Both the position numbers and the translations under genes were made by a program. Below, piece after piece: positions 8,601 to 18,150 of a stretch of DNA of 64,000 bases. Position 1 is the stretch's first letter. Every line of letters begins with the position of its first letter. The stretch is from an uncultured Candidatus Rokubacteria bacterium (GTDB lineage Bacteria; Methylomirabilota; Methylomirabilia; Rokubacteriales; DASRDR01). The notes beneath the pieces are model-generated. The model saw nothing but the letters and a program-made list of their open reading frames with translations, was not told the origin of the DNA and did not search any database. The stretch is from positions 768,001 to 832,000 of the forward strand of contig CAWDVE010000010.1 of NCBI GenBank assembly GCA_963805625.1. The letters are read 5' to 3'.

Positions 8601-11600
8601 TCGCCATCGAGAACGTCCGGCTCTTCAAGGAGCTGGAGCAGCGGAACCGCGACCTCACCGAGACGCTCGAGCAGCAGACGGCCACCGGCGAGATCCTCCG
8701 CGTCATCTCGAGCTCCCCGACCGACGTCCAGCCCGTCTTCGACACGATCGCCCAGAGCGCGGCCCGCCTCTGCGAGGCCCAGACGTGCTTTGTCTTTCGG
8801 CTCGATGGTCAGCTGCTCCACTTCGTGGCCCACCATGGGCTGACGGCCGAGAGTGTCGAGAACGTGCGCTCTGCGTGGCCTATGGCCCCAAGCCCGGGGA
8901 CCGCGGCGGGGCGATCAATTCTCGGCCGCAGTATCGCGCACATCCCGGACGTCCTCGTTGAGCCCGGCTATGCGCACGGCACCGTGGCGGTAGTCGCCAA
9001 CTTCCGCAGCGTTGTGGCGGTCCCGATGATGCGGGACGGTGTCCCCATCGGAACGATTGCCGTCCACCGGTCCCAGGCCGGACTCTTCCCGGACCGCCAG
9101 ATCGACCTCCTCAAGACCTTCGCCGACCAGGCCGTCATCGCCATCGAGAACGTCCGCCTCTTCCAGGAACTGGAGGCACGGACGCGGGACCTGACGCGCT
9201 CGGTCGGCGAGCTCCGGGCGCTCGGTGAGGTCAGCCAGGCCGTCAGCTCCACACTCGACCTCGAGACCGTCCTGGCGACGATCGTCAGCCGGGCCGTCCA
9301 GCTGTCCGGCAGCAACAACGGGATCGCCTACGAGTTCGAAGAAGCCTCGCAGAGCTTTCACGCGCGAGCCACGCACGACGTTACACCAGAACACCTGGAG
9401 GCGTTGCGGACGGCGCCCATCCGGCTCGGGGAGGGAGCGGTCGGCCGCGCTGGGGTGATCCGTGAGCCCGTCCAGGTCGCGGATATCCAGGAAGAGTGGC
9501 AGCTCGTCGCGCCTCAGGTCCGAGCGCTTCACGCCCGAGAGGGCACGCGCTCACTGCTCGCGGTCCCGCTCATCCGGGAGGAACGGCTACTCGGTGGCCT
9601 GGTCATCCTGCGACGAGAGCGAGGAGCCTTCTCGCCCGAGATCGTCGCCACCCTCCAGACCTTCGCGGCTCAGTCGGTGATCGCCATCCAGAATGCCCGG
9701 CTGTTCCGGGAGATCGACGCGAAGGGCCGGGAGCTGGAGAGCCTCTCCCGGAACATGGAGCAGCTCTACCGGCTCTCGACCGCCCTCCAGGAGCCCCTCT
9801 CGCTCGACGAGCAGCTCACGCGCGTCCTCGACGCGGCCCGTCAGGTCGTCCGTCTCGACCGCCTCCACGTCTGGACGCTGACACCGGAGGGCGACGCGCT
9901 CACGCTCGGGGCCGGAGCGGGCCTCACGGAAGACGAGTGGCAGCCGCTGGCACACTTGACCATTCCGCTCGGGGAAGCCGGCGCGCTGGCCGCGGCGTAC
10001 CGCGAGCGCACACCCATGCTCTACACCGACCAGAACCGGCTGCCTCCCGAGCTTCGCTTGCGCCCACCCTATTCGGGACTCTCCGCCCTACGGACGAAGA
10101 ACCTCCTGGTCATCCCGATGATCGCGCGCGGGCACCCGGTCGGCGTCCTGTCTGCCGACAATCGGGTCAGCCGCGAGCCGATCCCGCCTCACACGGTCGA
10201 CCTCCTCCAGACGTTCACCGCGCAGGCCGCGGTCGCGGTCGAGAACGCGCGCCTGTTCCAGGAGATCCAGGACAAGGGCCGGGAGCTCGAGGTCGCGAGC
10301 CGTCACAAGTCGCAGTTCCTCGCCAACATGAGCCACGAGCTCAGGACGCCGCTCAACGCCATCATCGGCGTCACGGAGATGCTCCTCGAGGACGCGCAGG
10401 CCGCTGCCCAGCCGGACCAGGTCGAGGCTCACGAGCGCATCCTCCGCGCGGGCAAGCACCTGCTCGCCCTGATCAACGACATCCTTGATCTCTCGAAGAT
10501 CGAAGCGGGCAAACTGGAGCTCGCGCTGGAGTCGGTCGCCGTCGGTCCCTTGGTCGAGGACGTGGTTGCGACGATCCGGCAGCTCGCATCGAAGAACGGC
10601 AACCAGGTCGTGGTGGAGTGTCCCGCTGAGGTGGGCACGATCCGGGCGGACTCGACGCGGCTCCGCCAGGCACTGCTCAATCTCGCCAGCAACGCCAGCA
10701 AGTTCACCGAGCGCGGCGTGATCAGGGTCGAGGTGAGGCGCCGACCGGACGACGGCGGCCGGGACTGGGTCACCATGGCGATCTCGGACACGGGCATCGG
10801 GATGACCCCCGAGCAGATGGCGAAGCTTTTCGAGGAATTCACCCAGGCCGACGCCTCGACGACCCGCAAGTACGGCGGCACGGGACTCGGCCTGGCGATC
10901 AGCCGGCGCCTCTGCCGCATGATGGGCGGCGACATCACCGTGGCGAGTACGCCCGGGCAGGGCTCCACCTTCACGATTCGCCTCCCGGCTGACGCGCGGA
11001 CCCCCGTCCGGGCCGAGGCCGAGCCGGCGCCTCGGGCGAGCGTCCCCGGACCGGCGCCAGAGCCTTCGGGGAGAACAGGGCGCACGGTGCTGGTGATCGA
11101 CGACGACCCCACGGTGCGGGATCTCATGGACCGCTTCCTGGTCAAGCAAGGTTTCTCCGTGATCACCGCCGCGAGTGGCATCGAAGGCCTTCGCTTGGCC
11201 CGCGAGGCCCGACCGGCCGCGATCACGCTCGACGTCATGATGCCGGACCTCGACGGGTGGACCGTGCTGGCCGCGCTCAAGGGCGATCCGGCGCTGGCCG
11301 GCATCCCGGTGATCCTCGTGACCATCGTCGACGAGAAGGCCCGGGGATACTCACTGGGCGCGACGGACTACATGGTCAAGCCGATCGAACGTGAGCGCCT
11401 GGCCGGTGTCCTGAAGAATCTTTGCGGCAACCGGCCGGCGCCTCATGTCCTGGTGGTGGACGACGACCCGACCGTGCGCGCGGTCGTCAGTCAGACGCTG
11501 GAGCGCGCCGGCTGGTCGATCGCCGAAGCGGAGAACGGCCGGATTGCCCTGCAGCGAGTGGCCGCGAGGCGCCCCGACGTGATCATCCTCGATCTCGTGA

Positions 11601-11845
11601 TGCCGGAGCTGAATGGATTCGAGTTCCTCGCCGCACTCCGGCGCGACCCTGCCTGGCGTAGCGTGCCCGTGGTGGTCCTCACGTCGATGGATCTCACCGC
11701 CGAGGACCGCCGGGTGCTCAACGGCTCGGTCGAGCGGATCCTCCAGAAGGGCGCGTGGGAGCGCGACCAGCTCCTGGCCGAGATCGGACGCGTGCTGGCG
11801 AGCGTCGTCCCGACCGGATCCAGCTCTCCGGGAGGCCCGAGGTGA
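5648..11845 (+). CDS. Hybrid histidine kinase: Rossmann-like N-domain, 8 GAF domains, HisKA, HATPase and 2 REC domains
   Basis: Eight GAF units end in F(A/T)xQ(A/S)x(I/V)A(I/V)(E/Q)NxRLF. Also [22 protein letters not shown] and two receiver domains (LDVMMP, LDLVMP). Confidence 0.95.
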   Translation: MSGQPGERSAPIRIGLIAGGPDGVALLQLLLGWPAARVVVAVDPLPGALVLQQAKARGVPAGTRHLEVFGHLPVDLVIESTGQTAILDEFLRTRPPGIEVIGARSLPFLRTLLRDLTESLEQQAAAGEILRIISSSPTDVQPVLEAVIEHAARLCDVPDADLFRVEGEVLRLAAKIGPHPFWSIGEAAPINRDWVTGRAVVDRKLVHVRDLSTSDAEFPQGAAYARRFGHRTTLATPLLREGTPIGAILLRGMELRPFTDKQIQLLETFAAQAVIAIENARLFRELEVRNRDLTETLEQQTATSEILRVISSSPTDVQPVFDTIAQSAARLCEAQFCFVFRFDGELLHFVAQEGLTPEGVEALHGAWPMAPSVGSAAGRSVLSRGVAHIPDVHSDPDYVLGAVAEVATYRSTVGVPMLRDGVPIGVITVSRSRAGAFPDRQIELLKTFADQAVIAIENVRLFKELEQRNRDLTETLEQQTATGEILRVISSSPTDAQPVFDTIARSALRLCEGGFSVVTRYDGELLHLSAHAHAAIEGVDVMRRIFPMSPSRINLVGRVILTGAVVHVPDVQADAEYAQTLSQTLGNRSSIGVPMLRDGHPIGAIMVGRLEVRPFSDAHIALLQTFADQAVIAIENVRLFQELEQRNRDLTETLEQQTATGEILRVISSSPTDVQPVFDTIVRSAARLCEAYDVVIFTKEGERLHVGAHHGPIPLDFADQPIRRDWATGRAVIDRAPVNVRDLSKEGIEFPGGQALALRMGHRGILSVPLMREQEAIGAVTMRRTEARPFSEKQVALLQTFADQAVIAIENVRLFKELEQRNHDLTETLEQQTATGEILRVISSSPTDVQPVFDTIAQSAMRLCDAAYSVIGRYDGQLLHLVAHARVREEGVEALQQLFPMRPSRATTTSRAVLERTVVHVPDVLEDPDYARPVALALQNRSTLAVPMLHDGEPIGTISVGRLEPRPFTEKQIELLKLFADQAVIAIENVRLFKELEQRNRDLTETLEQQTATGEILRVISSSPTDVQPVFDTIAQSAARLCEAQTCFVFRLDGQLLHFVAHHGLTAESVENVRSAWPMAPSPGTAAGRSILGRSIAHIPDVLVEPGYAHGTVAVVANFRSVVAVPMMRDGVPIGTIAVHRSQAGLFPDRQIDLLKTFADQAVIAIENVRLFQELEARTRDLTRSVGELRALGEVSQAVSSTLDLETVLATIVSRAVQLSGSNNGIAYEFEEASQSFHARATHDVTPEHLEALRTAPIRLGEGAVGRAGVIREPVQVADIQEEWQLVAPQVRALHAREGTRSLLAVPLIREERLLGGLVILRRERGAFSPEIVATLQTFAAQSVIAIQNARLFREIDAKGRELESLSRNMEQLYRLSTALQEPLSLDEQLTRVLDAARQVVRLDRLHVWTLTPEGDALTLGAGAGLTEDEWQPLAHLTIPLGEAGALAAAYRERTPMLYTDQNRLPPELRLRPPYSGLSALRTKNLLVIPMIARGHPVGVLSADNRVSREPIPPHTVDLLQTFTAQAAVAVENARLFQEIQDKGRELEVASRHKSQFLANMSHELRTPLNAIIGVTEMLLEDAQAAAQPDQVEAHERILRAGKHLLALINDILDLSKIEAGKLELALESVAVGPLVEDVVATIRQLASKNGNQVVVECPAEVGTIRADSTRLRQALLNLASNASKFTERGVIRVEVRRRPDDGGRDWVTMAISDTGIGMTPEQMAKLFEEFTQADASTTRKYGGTGLGLAISRRLCRMMGGDITVASTPGQGSTFTIRLPADARTPVRAEAEPAPRASVPGPAPEPSGRTGRTVLVIDDDPTVRDLMDRFLVKQGFSVITAASGIEGLRLAREARPAAITLDVMMPDLDGWTVLAALKGDPALAGIPVILVTIVDEKARGYSLGATDYMVKPIERERLAGVLKNLCGNRPAPHVLVVDDDPTVRAVVSQTLERAGWSIAEAENGRIALQRVAARRPDVIILDLVMPELNGFEFLAALRRDPAWRSVPVVVLTSMDLTAEDRRVLNGSVERILQKGAWERDQLLAEIGRVLASVVPTGSSSPGGPR
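6998..7133 (+). repeat. 136-bp exact direct repeat, copy 1 (inter-GAF linker)
   Basis: By eye identical to 8591-8726. Near-identical copies at ~6460, ~7530, ~8057 and a partial copy at ~9128. Confidence 0.85.
8591..8726 (+). repeat. 136-bp exact direct repeat, copy 2 (inter-GAF linker)
   Basis: Matches 6998-7133. Confidence 0.85.
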
Positions 11846-12219
11846 CGAAGATCCTGTACGTCGAGGACAACGACGACAACGTCTACATGCTGCGCGGCCG
11901 GCTGACGCGCGCAGGCTTCGACGTGCTCGTGGCCGGGGACGGCGAGCAGGGCGTCGTCATGGCGGCCACCGAAGCGCCCGCCCTGATCCTCATGGACCTG
12001 AGCCTCCCGGTCCTGGACGGCTGGGAGGCCACGCGGCGGCTGAAGGCCGCGGCGGAGACTGGCTCCATCCCCGTCATCGCGCTCTCGGCCCATGCCATGG
12101 AAGGCGAGCGTGCCCGGGCGCTGGCGGCGGGCTGCGACGACTTCGACACCAAGCCGGTCGACTTCCCGAGGCTGCTCGAGAAGATCCGGACGCTCCTCGC
12201 GAAGGCCGCGCCGTCATGA
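11842..12219 (+). CDS. Single-domain response regulator (DivK/CheY-like)
   Basis: [15 protein letters not shown] and TKPV motifs. GTGA overlap with the kinase stop. Confidence 0.93.
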   Translation: MTKILYVEDNDDNVYMLRGRLTRAGFDVLVAGDGEQGVVMAATEAPALILMDLSLPVLDGWEATRRLKAAAETGSIPVIALSAHAMEGERARALAAGCDDFDTKPVDFPRLLEKIRTLLAKAAPS

Positions 12220-12295
12220 GCCTAGCCGCCGCGGGTCAAAAGCCGTCCAGTCAGAGCCGTCCGATCGGCGCCCCATCCGGTCACTGGGTCACCCG

Positions 12296-13402
12296 GTGAG
12301 CCAGGGCGGGCCTGCGCTGCTCGTCGTCGACGACAACGAGGACAACCTCTACACCCTGACCCAGCGCCTCCGCCGCGAGGGTTACACGAGCCTCACGACC
12401 GCGCGCGACGGCCGCCAGGCGCTGGAGCTCCTCCGGTCGCAGGCGTTCGACCTCGTCCTGCTGGACGTCATGATGCCGGAGCTAAACGGCTACCAGGTGC
12501 TGGAGGCGCTCAAGGCCGACGAGCGGCTCCGGCACGTCCCCGTGATCATGATCTCGGCGGTGGACGAGCTCGAGAGCGTCATCCGCTGCGTCGAGCTGGG
12601 CGCGGCGGACTACCTGCCGAAGCCGTTCAACCCGACCCTCCTCCGGGCCCGCATCGGCGCCTGCCTCGAGAAGAAGCGGCTCCACGACCAGCTCGCCGAG
12701 TGGACCCGGACGCTGGAGGAGCGCGTGCGCGAGAAGGTCGCGGAGGTGGAACGGCTCACCCGCCTCAAGCGCTTCTTCTCGCCGCAGCTGGCCGAGCTCA
12801 TCGTGGCCGGCGGCGCGGACGACCCCCTCAAGACCCACCGCCGGGAGGTCACCGTCGTGTTCCTCGATCTGCGGGGGTTCACGGCGTTCGCCGAGACCTC
12901 CGAGCCGGAGGAGGTCATGCGGGTGCTCCGCGAGTACCACGCCGAGATGGGCCGGATCATCGTCGAGCACGAAGGGACGCTCGAGCGGTTCACCGGGGAC
13001 GGCATGATGATCTTCTTCAACGACCCGGTGCCGCTCCCAAAACCCGCGGAGCGGGCCCTCCGGATGGCGGTGGCCATGCGCGAGGGGGTGGCGGGGCTCG
13101 GCGCTGCCTGGCGCAAGCGCGGCTACGACCTCGGGCTCGGCGTCGGGATCGCCGAGGGCTACGCCACGATCGGCGCCATCGGGTTCGAGGGTCGCTGGGA
13201 CTACGGCGCCATCGGGACGGTGACGAACCTCGCTGCGCGCCTGTGCGGCGAGGCCAAGGGCGGCCAGATCCTCGTGTCGTCTCGCGTCGCGGGCGCCGTC
13301 GAGGGCCTGGCGGACCTCGAGGAGGTGGGAACCCTACCGCTGAAGGGACTCCTCCGGCCCGTCCCGACGTTCAACGTGGTCGGGCTCAAGGCGGGCGGTT
13401 AG
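12296..13402 (+). CDS. Response regulator fused to a class III adenylate/guanylate cyclase
   Basis: REC domain (LLVVDD, LLDVMMP, LPKPF) and cyclase domain (FLDLRGFT, FTGDG, IGTVTNLAARL). GTG start inferred. Confidence 0.92.
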   Translation: MSQGGPALLVVDDNEDNLYTLTQRLRREGYTSLTTARDGRQALELLRSQAFDLVLLDVMMPELNGYQVLEALKADERLRHVPVIMISAVDELESVIRCVELGAADYLPKPFNPTLLRARIGACLEKKRLHDQLAEWTRTLEERVREKVAEVERLTRLKRFFSPQLAELIVAGGADDPLKTHRREVTVVFLDLRGFTAFAETSEPEEVMRVLREYHAEMGRIIVEHEGTLERFTGDGMMIFFNDPVPLPKPAERALRMAVAMREGVAGLGAAWRKRGYDLGLGVGIAEGYATIGAIGFEGRWDYGAIGTVTNLAARLCGEAKGGQILVSSRVAGAVEGLADLEEVGTLPLKGLLRPVPTFNVVGLKAGG

Positions 13403-13542
13403 CGCGCCTGAACCCGGTCCCAGGCAGGCGCCCCGCCCTCGTCCGCCTCCGCATCGCCTCCCCCGAATCGTGCGTCTGGGCGGCACCTTCCCCGCCCCGT
13501 CGGATGTCGACCCGGATGCAACCGCCCTGGAACGTCAGACCA

Positions 13543-13565
13543 TGCTATTGTTGAATATCTCAACA
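13543..13565 (+). promoter_or_regulatory. vapBC promoter/operator
   Basis: Extended -10 TGcTATTGT overlaps the palindrome TGTTGA-ATATC-TCAACA, followed by SD GAGGAGG. Confidence 0.6.
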
Positions 13566-13578
13566 GAGGAGGAACGTC

Positions 13579-13812
13579 GTGGCCACCGTGAATTTCAGCG
13601 TGCCCGAGGATGTGAAGAGAACGTTTAACAAAGCCTTTGCCCGTGCGAACAAGAGTGCGGTCGTCGCACAGCTCATGCGTCAGGCGGTCGAGGAGCGTCT
13701 CCGACAGCGCCGGCGGCGGCGGGCTATCGAGCGTCTGCTCCAACTCCGGCGAAGGATGAAGCCAGCGCCCGAGGCCGCCACGCGAGCGGCGCGTTTGAAG
13801 GGACGCCCGTGA
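13579..13812 (+). CDS. Type II antitoxin (RHH/CopG-like, VapB)
   Basis: N-terminal MATVNFSVPEDVK fits an RHH pattern. GTGA overlap with the PIN gene. Confidence 0.75.
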   Translation: MATVNFSVPEDVKRTFNKAFARANKSAVVAQLMRQAVEERLRQRRRRRAIERLLQLRRRMKPAPEAATRAARLKGRP

Positions 13813-14243
13813 CGGAGGTCGTCCTCGACGCCAGTGTCATCGTAAAGTGGATCTTCCCCGATCAACCTCGGGAAGCTCACGCGGAGCGCGCCCTGGACCT
13901 GCTTCACGCGGTCCATGCCGGCCGGCTATCCGTCCTGGAACCACCCCACTGGCTGGCCGAGGTGGCGGCGGTGGTCACCCGCCTCGCCCCTGACCGCGCC
14001 CCCGACGTCCTGGCGATGATGGACGCGATGGAGTTCCCCGTCCTGGACGAGTTGGAGGTGTATCTCGAGGCTGCGCATCTATCGGCCCGCTCGGGTCAGC
14101 ACGTGTTCGACACCCTGTATCACGCCGTGGCCTTCCGTCGACCGGAGACCTCGCTTGTGACCGCGGACGAGCGCTACTACCGGAGCGCGCGGCGTGCCGG
14201 CAGGGTCATGCTCCTGCAAGACTTCGTCGTACCGGCGAAGTGA
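13809..14243 (+). CDS. vapC: PIN-domain toxin, VapC family
   Basis: Acidic PIN motifs VVLDASVIVKW, E, FDTLYHAVA and LVTAD. Confidence 0.88.
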   Translation: MTEVVLDASVIVKWIFPDQPREAHAERALDLLHAVHAGRLSVLEPPHWLAEVAAVVTRLAPDRAPDVLAMMDAMEFPVLDELEVYLEAAHLSARSGQHVFDTLYHAVAFRRPETSLVTADERYYRSARRAGRVMLLQDFVVPAK

Positions 14244-14283
14244 GCGATCGGCCCCCTCCACAGCCACCCGCCGGTGCGCGCTC

Positions 14284-14766
14284 TCACTCCCGGAGGGCGG
14301 CGCGAATGCCGCGGTAGCGATCCATGACGTCACGCGGGTCTTCCGGCCACGCGATCGTCAGCCCGGACGTCAGCCGCGCCCCCGCCTCCTCGCCCTCCGC
14401 CCGGTCCTCGAGCACGTCGCGCACCACCAGCTCGAAGCGCGCGAGATCCGTCGCCCCCCGCGCTCCGGGCAGCGGGAGCACCTCGACCTTGACGTAGAGG
14501 CATAGCTCCGCGTCGGCGAACACGAGCGTTGCCCGGCCGGACTCGCGGAGGTGCCGGCTCGAGCGGGACCCCGCGTGAAGCGCCAGCCGCAGGCGCCCCG
14601 CGTCGAGGGCCAGGATCTCGGCGTACGAGACGAGGGCGGGGTGCGCCCACCCGTACGGGTCGATCGTGGCGAGCACGATGGCGACGTCGAGCGGCGGCGC
14701 GGCGGCGGGCGCCATCAGGCGCGAGAGAAGCGCGTCGGGAAGAACGGGCCCGAGCGAGCGCGTCAC
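14284..14766 (-). CDS. Pyridoxamine 5'-phosphate oxidase-like (split beta-barrel flavin-binding) protein
   Basis: IVLATIDPYGWAHPAL and SRSSRHLRESGRATL. The GTG start lies 6 nt after TGcCATACT, suggesting a leaderless mRNA. Confidence 0.75.
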   Translation of the reverse strand: MTRSLGPVLPDALLSRLMAPAAAPPLDVAIVLATIDPYGWAHPALVSYAEILALDAGRLRLALHAGSRSSRHLRESGRATLVFADAELCLYVKVEVLPLPGARGATDLARFELVVRDVLEDRAEGEEAGARLTSGLTIAWPEDPRDVMDRYRGIRAALRE

Positions 14767-14779
14767 GCGAGGAGTATGG

Positions 14780-14818
14780 CACGCTGGGCCGGGCGGACGC
14801 GGCGCCCGGCCCAGCGTG
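14780..14818 (-). terminator. GC-rich hairpin downstream of glnA
   Basis: 16-bp perfect stem CACGCTGGGCCGGGCG/CGCCCGGCCCAGCGTG with a 7-nt loop. There is no U-tract. Confidence 0.5.
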
Positions 14819-14839
14819 GTCCCAAAGCAAGGCGGCTGG

Positions 14840-16276
14840 CTAGATGTCGTAGTAGAGGGCGAACTCGTGCGGGTGCGGTCGCAGCCGGATCGCGTCGACC
14901 TCGTTCTTCCGCTTGTACTCGAGCCAAGTCTCGATAAGGTCGGGCGTGAAGACATCGCCCTTCAGCAGGAAGTCGTGGTCCTTCTCCAGATTGTCGAGCA
15001 CCACGTCCAGCGCGCCCGGGAGCTGCTTGATGGCCTTCTGCTCCTCCGGCGGCAGCTCGTAGAGATCCTTGTCGATGGGCTGTCCAGGGTCGATCTTGTT
15101 GACGATGCCGTCGAGACCGGCCATCACGCAGGCCGCGAACGAGAGGTACGGGTTGCAGGACGGATCGGGCGTCCGAAACTCGATGCGCTTGGCCTTCTCG
15201 GATCGCGAGTAAACCGGAATCCGGATGCACGCGGACCGGTTCCGCTGGCTGTAGACGAGGTTGATCGGCGCCTCGTAGCCTGGCACCAGCCGCCGATAGG
15301 AGTTAGTCGACGGCGCGATGAACGCCAGCAGTGCCGGCGCGTGCTTCAGGATGCCGCCGATGTAGTGGAGACACATCTTCGAGATGTCGGCGTACCCGCC
15401 GACCTCGTAGAAGAGATTCTTGCCGTTCTTCCAGAGCGACTGGTGCGTGTGCATGCCGGAGCCGTTGTCCTGGAAGAGCGGCTTGGGCATGAACGTCACG
15501 GTCTTGCCGTGCGCCCGGGCCGTGTTCTTGGTGACGTACTTGTACCACATCACCCGGTCGGCCATTTTCGTGAGCGTGTCGAAGCGCATGTCGATCTCGG
15601 ACTGCCCGGCGGTCGCCACCTCGTGGTGGTGCACCTCGACGCGCACGCCCACCTTCTCGAGGTTGAGCACCATCTCCGAGCGGATGTCCTGGAAGTGGTC
15701 CATCGGCGGCACGGGGAAGTAGCCCTGCTTGTAGCGCGGCCGGTACCCGAGCCCTTCCTTCCCCGTGTTCCAGGCGCCCGCCTCCGAGTCGATCTGGTAG
15801 AAGCCGAAGTTGTAGCCCTGATCGAACTTGATCGAGTCGAAGATGAAGAATTCCAGTTCCGGCCCGATGTAGACCGTGTCGGCGATACCAGTCTGCTTGA
15901 GGAAGAGCTCGGCCTTCTGGGCAACATAGCGGGGGTCCCGAGTGTAAGCCTCCATCGTCACGGGATCCTTCACGTTGCAGTTCAGGACGATCGTCGGGAC
16001 CGCGGTGAACGGGTCCATCTGCGCGGTCGTGGGGTCGGGCATGAGGAGCATGTCCGACTCGTCGATCGTCTGGAATCCGCGGATCGACGACCCGTCGAAC
16101 CCGATGCCCTCGGCGAACAGCTCCTCGTCGAGGTCGTGCGTCGGGATCGAGAAGTGCTGCCACAGCCCGGGCACGTCGATGAAGCGGAGGTCGACGATCT
16201 TCGCCCCGCGCTCCTTGGCCGCGTGGATGACATCCTTCGGCGTCTTCGTCTCCAGCGGCTTCACGTCATCAGCCAT
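14840..16276 (-). CDS. glnA: Glutamine synthetase type I
   Basis: [39 protein letters not shown] and the adenylylation motif DKDLYEL. Confidence 0.98.
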   Translation of the reverse strand: MADDVKPLETKTPKDVIHAAKERGAKIVDLRFIDVPGLWQHFSIPTHDLDEELFAEGIGFDGSSIRGFQTIDESDMLLMPDPTTAQMDPFTAVPTIVLNCNVKDPVTMEAYTRDPRYVAQKAELFLKQTGIADTVYIGPELEFFIFDSIKFDQGYNFGFYQIDSEAGAWNTGKEGLGYRPRYKQGYFPVPPMDHFQDIRSEMVLNLEKVGVRVEVHHHEVATAGQSEIDMRFDTLTKMADRVMWYKYVTKNTARAHGKTVTFMPKPLFQDNGSGMHTHQSLWKNGKNLFYEVGGYADISKMCLHYIGGILKHAPALLAFIAPSTNSYRRLVPGYEAPINLVYSQRNRSACIRIPVYSRSEKAKRIEFRTPDPSCNPYLSFAACVMAGLDGIVNKIDPGQPIDKDLYELPPEEQKAIKQLPGALDVVLDNLEKDHDFLLKGDVFTPDLIETWLEYKRKNEVDAIRLRPHPHEFALYYDI

Positions 16277-16351
16277 GCAGGGTCCTCCATTGAACTGGTT
16301 GTCGGTTGTGGACGCCGGCTCGCCATACCGGCCCGCGGTGCAACCGCGCCG

Positions 16352-16380
16352 ATTCTAGCGAGCATCCCTTGCCTCTTCAA
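16352..16380 (-). promoter_or_regulatory. sigma70-type promoter of glnA
   Basis: TTGAAG-N17-TAGAAT on the minus strand. Confidence 0.6.
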
Positions 16381-16381
16381 T

Positions 16382-16403
16382 TACCATCCGAGTACCATCC
16401 GAG
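16382..16403. repeat. 11-bp tandem direct repeat TACCATCCGAG x2
   Basis: Read directly. It sits immediately upstream of the glnA -35 element. Confidence 0.8.
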
Positions 16404-16497
16404 CCCTGGCATCCGGGCACGCCAAGGCGTGCCGCAGGGCCATCCGGCCCACGGCACGCGCAAGGTCTCGGCCCGATCCTGTTGCCGGGTTCCGAGA

Positions 16498-16514
16498 AGC
16501 AACCGCCGTGCCGG
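16498..16514 (-). promoter_or_regulatory. sigma54 (-24/-12) promoter of glnA
   Basis: CCGGCAC-GGCGG-TTGCT, with exact GG-N10-GC spacing. Confidence 0.7.
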
Positions 16515-16626
16515 TGCCGAGTGCGGGCGTGACACCGGAATTCGCGCGGTTCCAAGAAGGCCACGGCGGCGCACTTGCCGAATCCGTGAGCACCTGCCCA
16601 CGCCGTGGGCACGGCGGCGCCAGGCG

Positions 16627-16655
16627 TTGACGGCCCGCGCCGAGCCGGCTAGTGT
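16627..16655 (+). promoter_or_regulatory. sigma70-type promoter of the aminotransferase
   Basis: TTGACG-N17-TAGTGT. Confidence 0.5.
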
Positions 16656-16702
16656 CGACATACACCCCGAAACCCACCCCGACCCCGAGAGGGAACTTCC
16701 CG

Positions 16703-18016
16703 ATGACGGTCGAACTCGAAGCGATGGAGAGCCGGTCCCGCGAGCTACTCTCTACGGCCGGTACGATCCTGCCCGGTGCGTGTCTCGGCCAGAACTCCCT
16801 GCCCCCCGAGCTCTCGTTCGTCGTCGACCACGGCGAGGGAGCCCGCCTCGTCGACGTGCGCGGGCGCACCTATCTCGACTACGTCCTCGGGTCGGGCCCT
16901 CTGCTGCTCGGGCACGCGCACCCGGCGGTGGTCCGGGCGGTCCAGGAGCAAGTGGCGCGAGGCTCTACGTTCCACTGGCTCTCCGAGCCATCCATTCGCC
17001 TCGCGGAGACGGTGGTGCGCGCCGTGCCCTGCGCCGAGCAGGTGCGCTTCGTCTCCACCGGCACCGAGGCGACCATGTTCGCCTGCCGCATGGCGCGCAC
17101 CGTCACCCGCCGTGAGAAGATCCTGAAGTTCGAAGGCGGCTGGCACGGCTTCCACGACTACGCCATGGCCGGGAACTGGCGCGTGCCGTCCGAGGCGCCC
17201 TACCCCTATCCCGGGCCGGACATCGGCGGCATCCCCCGGGGCGCCCTGGAAAGCGTCCTCGTGGCGCCCTTCAACGATCTCGCCACGACCGAGCGCATCG
17301 CGACGGAGCGGGGTTCCGAGCTCGCCGCGATCATCGTCGAGCCGCTCCAGCGCTCCATCCGCCCACGGCCCGGATTCCTCGCCGGGCTCCGCGAGCTCGC
17401 CCACCGCCTCGGCGCGCTCCTGATCTTCGACGAGGTCGTGACCGGCTTCCGTCTCGCCTACGGGGGCGCCCAGGAATACTACGGCGTCCTCCCCGACCTC
17501 GCCGTCTACGGGAAGGCGCTGACCTGCGGGTTCTCGCTGGCGGCGATCGCGGGGCGTGCCGACGTCATGGCCACGGCCGATCCCGCGCGGAAGGGGTCGC
17601 TCGACTACGCGGGGCTCTCGGGCACACTGTCGGGCAACGCCCTCGCGTGCGCGGCGGGGATCGCGGCCCTGGCCGAGCTCCGGCGCCCGGGCGTCTACGA
17701 GCGACTCCACGCGCTGGGTGAGCGCCTGCGAAGCGGAATCGCGCGGCGGGCGGACCGGCTCGGAGTGCCGGTCCAGGTCCTCGCGGACGGCCCGATCGCG
17801 CAGGTCTTCTTCATCGCTCCCGAGGCGGACCTGTCCACCGATCGCGCCCTCCGCGCGGCGGATGGGCGCAAGGCGACCCGGTTCGGGCTCGAGTGCTTGC
17901 GGCGGGGCATTTTCACGATCCCCGGCACGAAGCTCTACCTTTCCCTCGCGCACACGGACGCGGACATCGACTGGACGCTCGATGTCATGGAAGAGGCGCT
18001 CCGTACCGTCGCCTGA
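16703..18016 (+). CDS. Class III PLP aminotransferase (glutamate-1-semialdehyde aminomutase-like)
   Basis: GPLLLGH, TGTEAT, FEGGWHG, IFDEVVTGFR and YGK (PLP Lys). Too divergent to call hemL. Confidence 0.88.
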   Translation: MTVELEAMESRSRELLSTAGTILPGACLGQNSLPPELSFVVDHGEGARLVDVRGRTYLDYVLGSGPLLLGHAHPAVVRAVQEQVARGSTFHWLSEPSIRLAETVVRAVPCAEQVRFVSTGTEATMFACRMARTVTRREKILKFEGGWHGFHDYAMAGNWRVPSEAPYPYPGPDIGGIPRGALESVLVAPFNDLATTERIATERGSELAAIIVEPLQRSIRPRPGFLAGLRELAHRLGALLIFDEVVTGFRLAYGGAQEYYGVLPDLAVYGKALTCGFSLAAIAGRADVMATADPARKGSLDYAGLSGTLSGNALACAAGIAALAELRRPGVYERLHALGERLRSGIARRADRLGVPVQVLADGPIAQVFFIAPEADLSTDRALRAADGRKATRFGLECLRRGIFTIPGTKLYLSLAHTDADIDWTLDVMEEALRTVA

Positions 18017-18150
18017 CAGGACCGGATGGAACGCCGACGGCGCCGGCGGACCCACTGTCGCGCGGAGCCGCTTCTGATGCGGCTTCGAGCGGCCCGCGTG
18101 AATATTCGCCCCTTGCATGGCCGAGGGACTTGGGCTTAGGATCGGTCGCT

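Noticed and set aside
6450-9170. Regularly spaced repeats as a CRISPR array
   Set aside because: The repeats are >130 bp with ~530-bp periodicity, lie in frame inside a kinase gene, and no cas genes are present.
16277-16487. Known glutamine (glnA) riboswitch
   Set aside because: I could not match the motif consensus by eye. Only generic hairpins are seen, so an Rfam scan is needed.
16703-18016. hemL assignment
   Set aside because: It lacks the typical GGVNSPVR N-terminal motif and there are no tetrapyrrole genes nearby.
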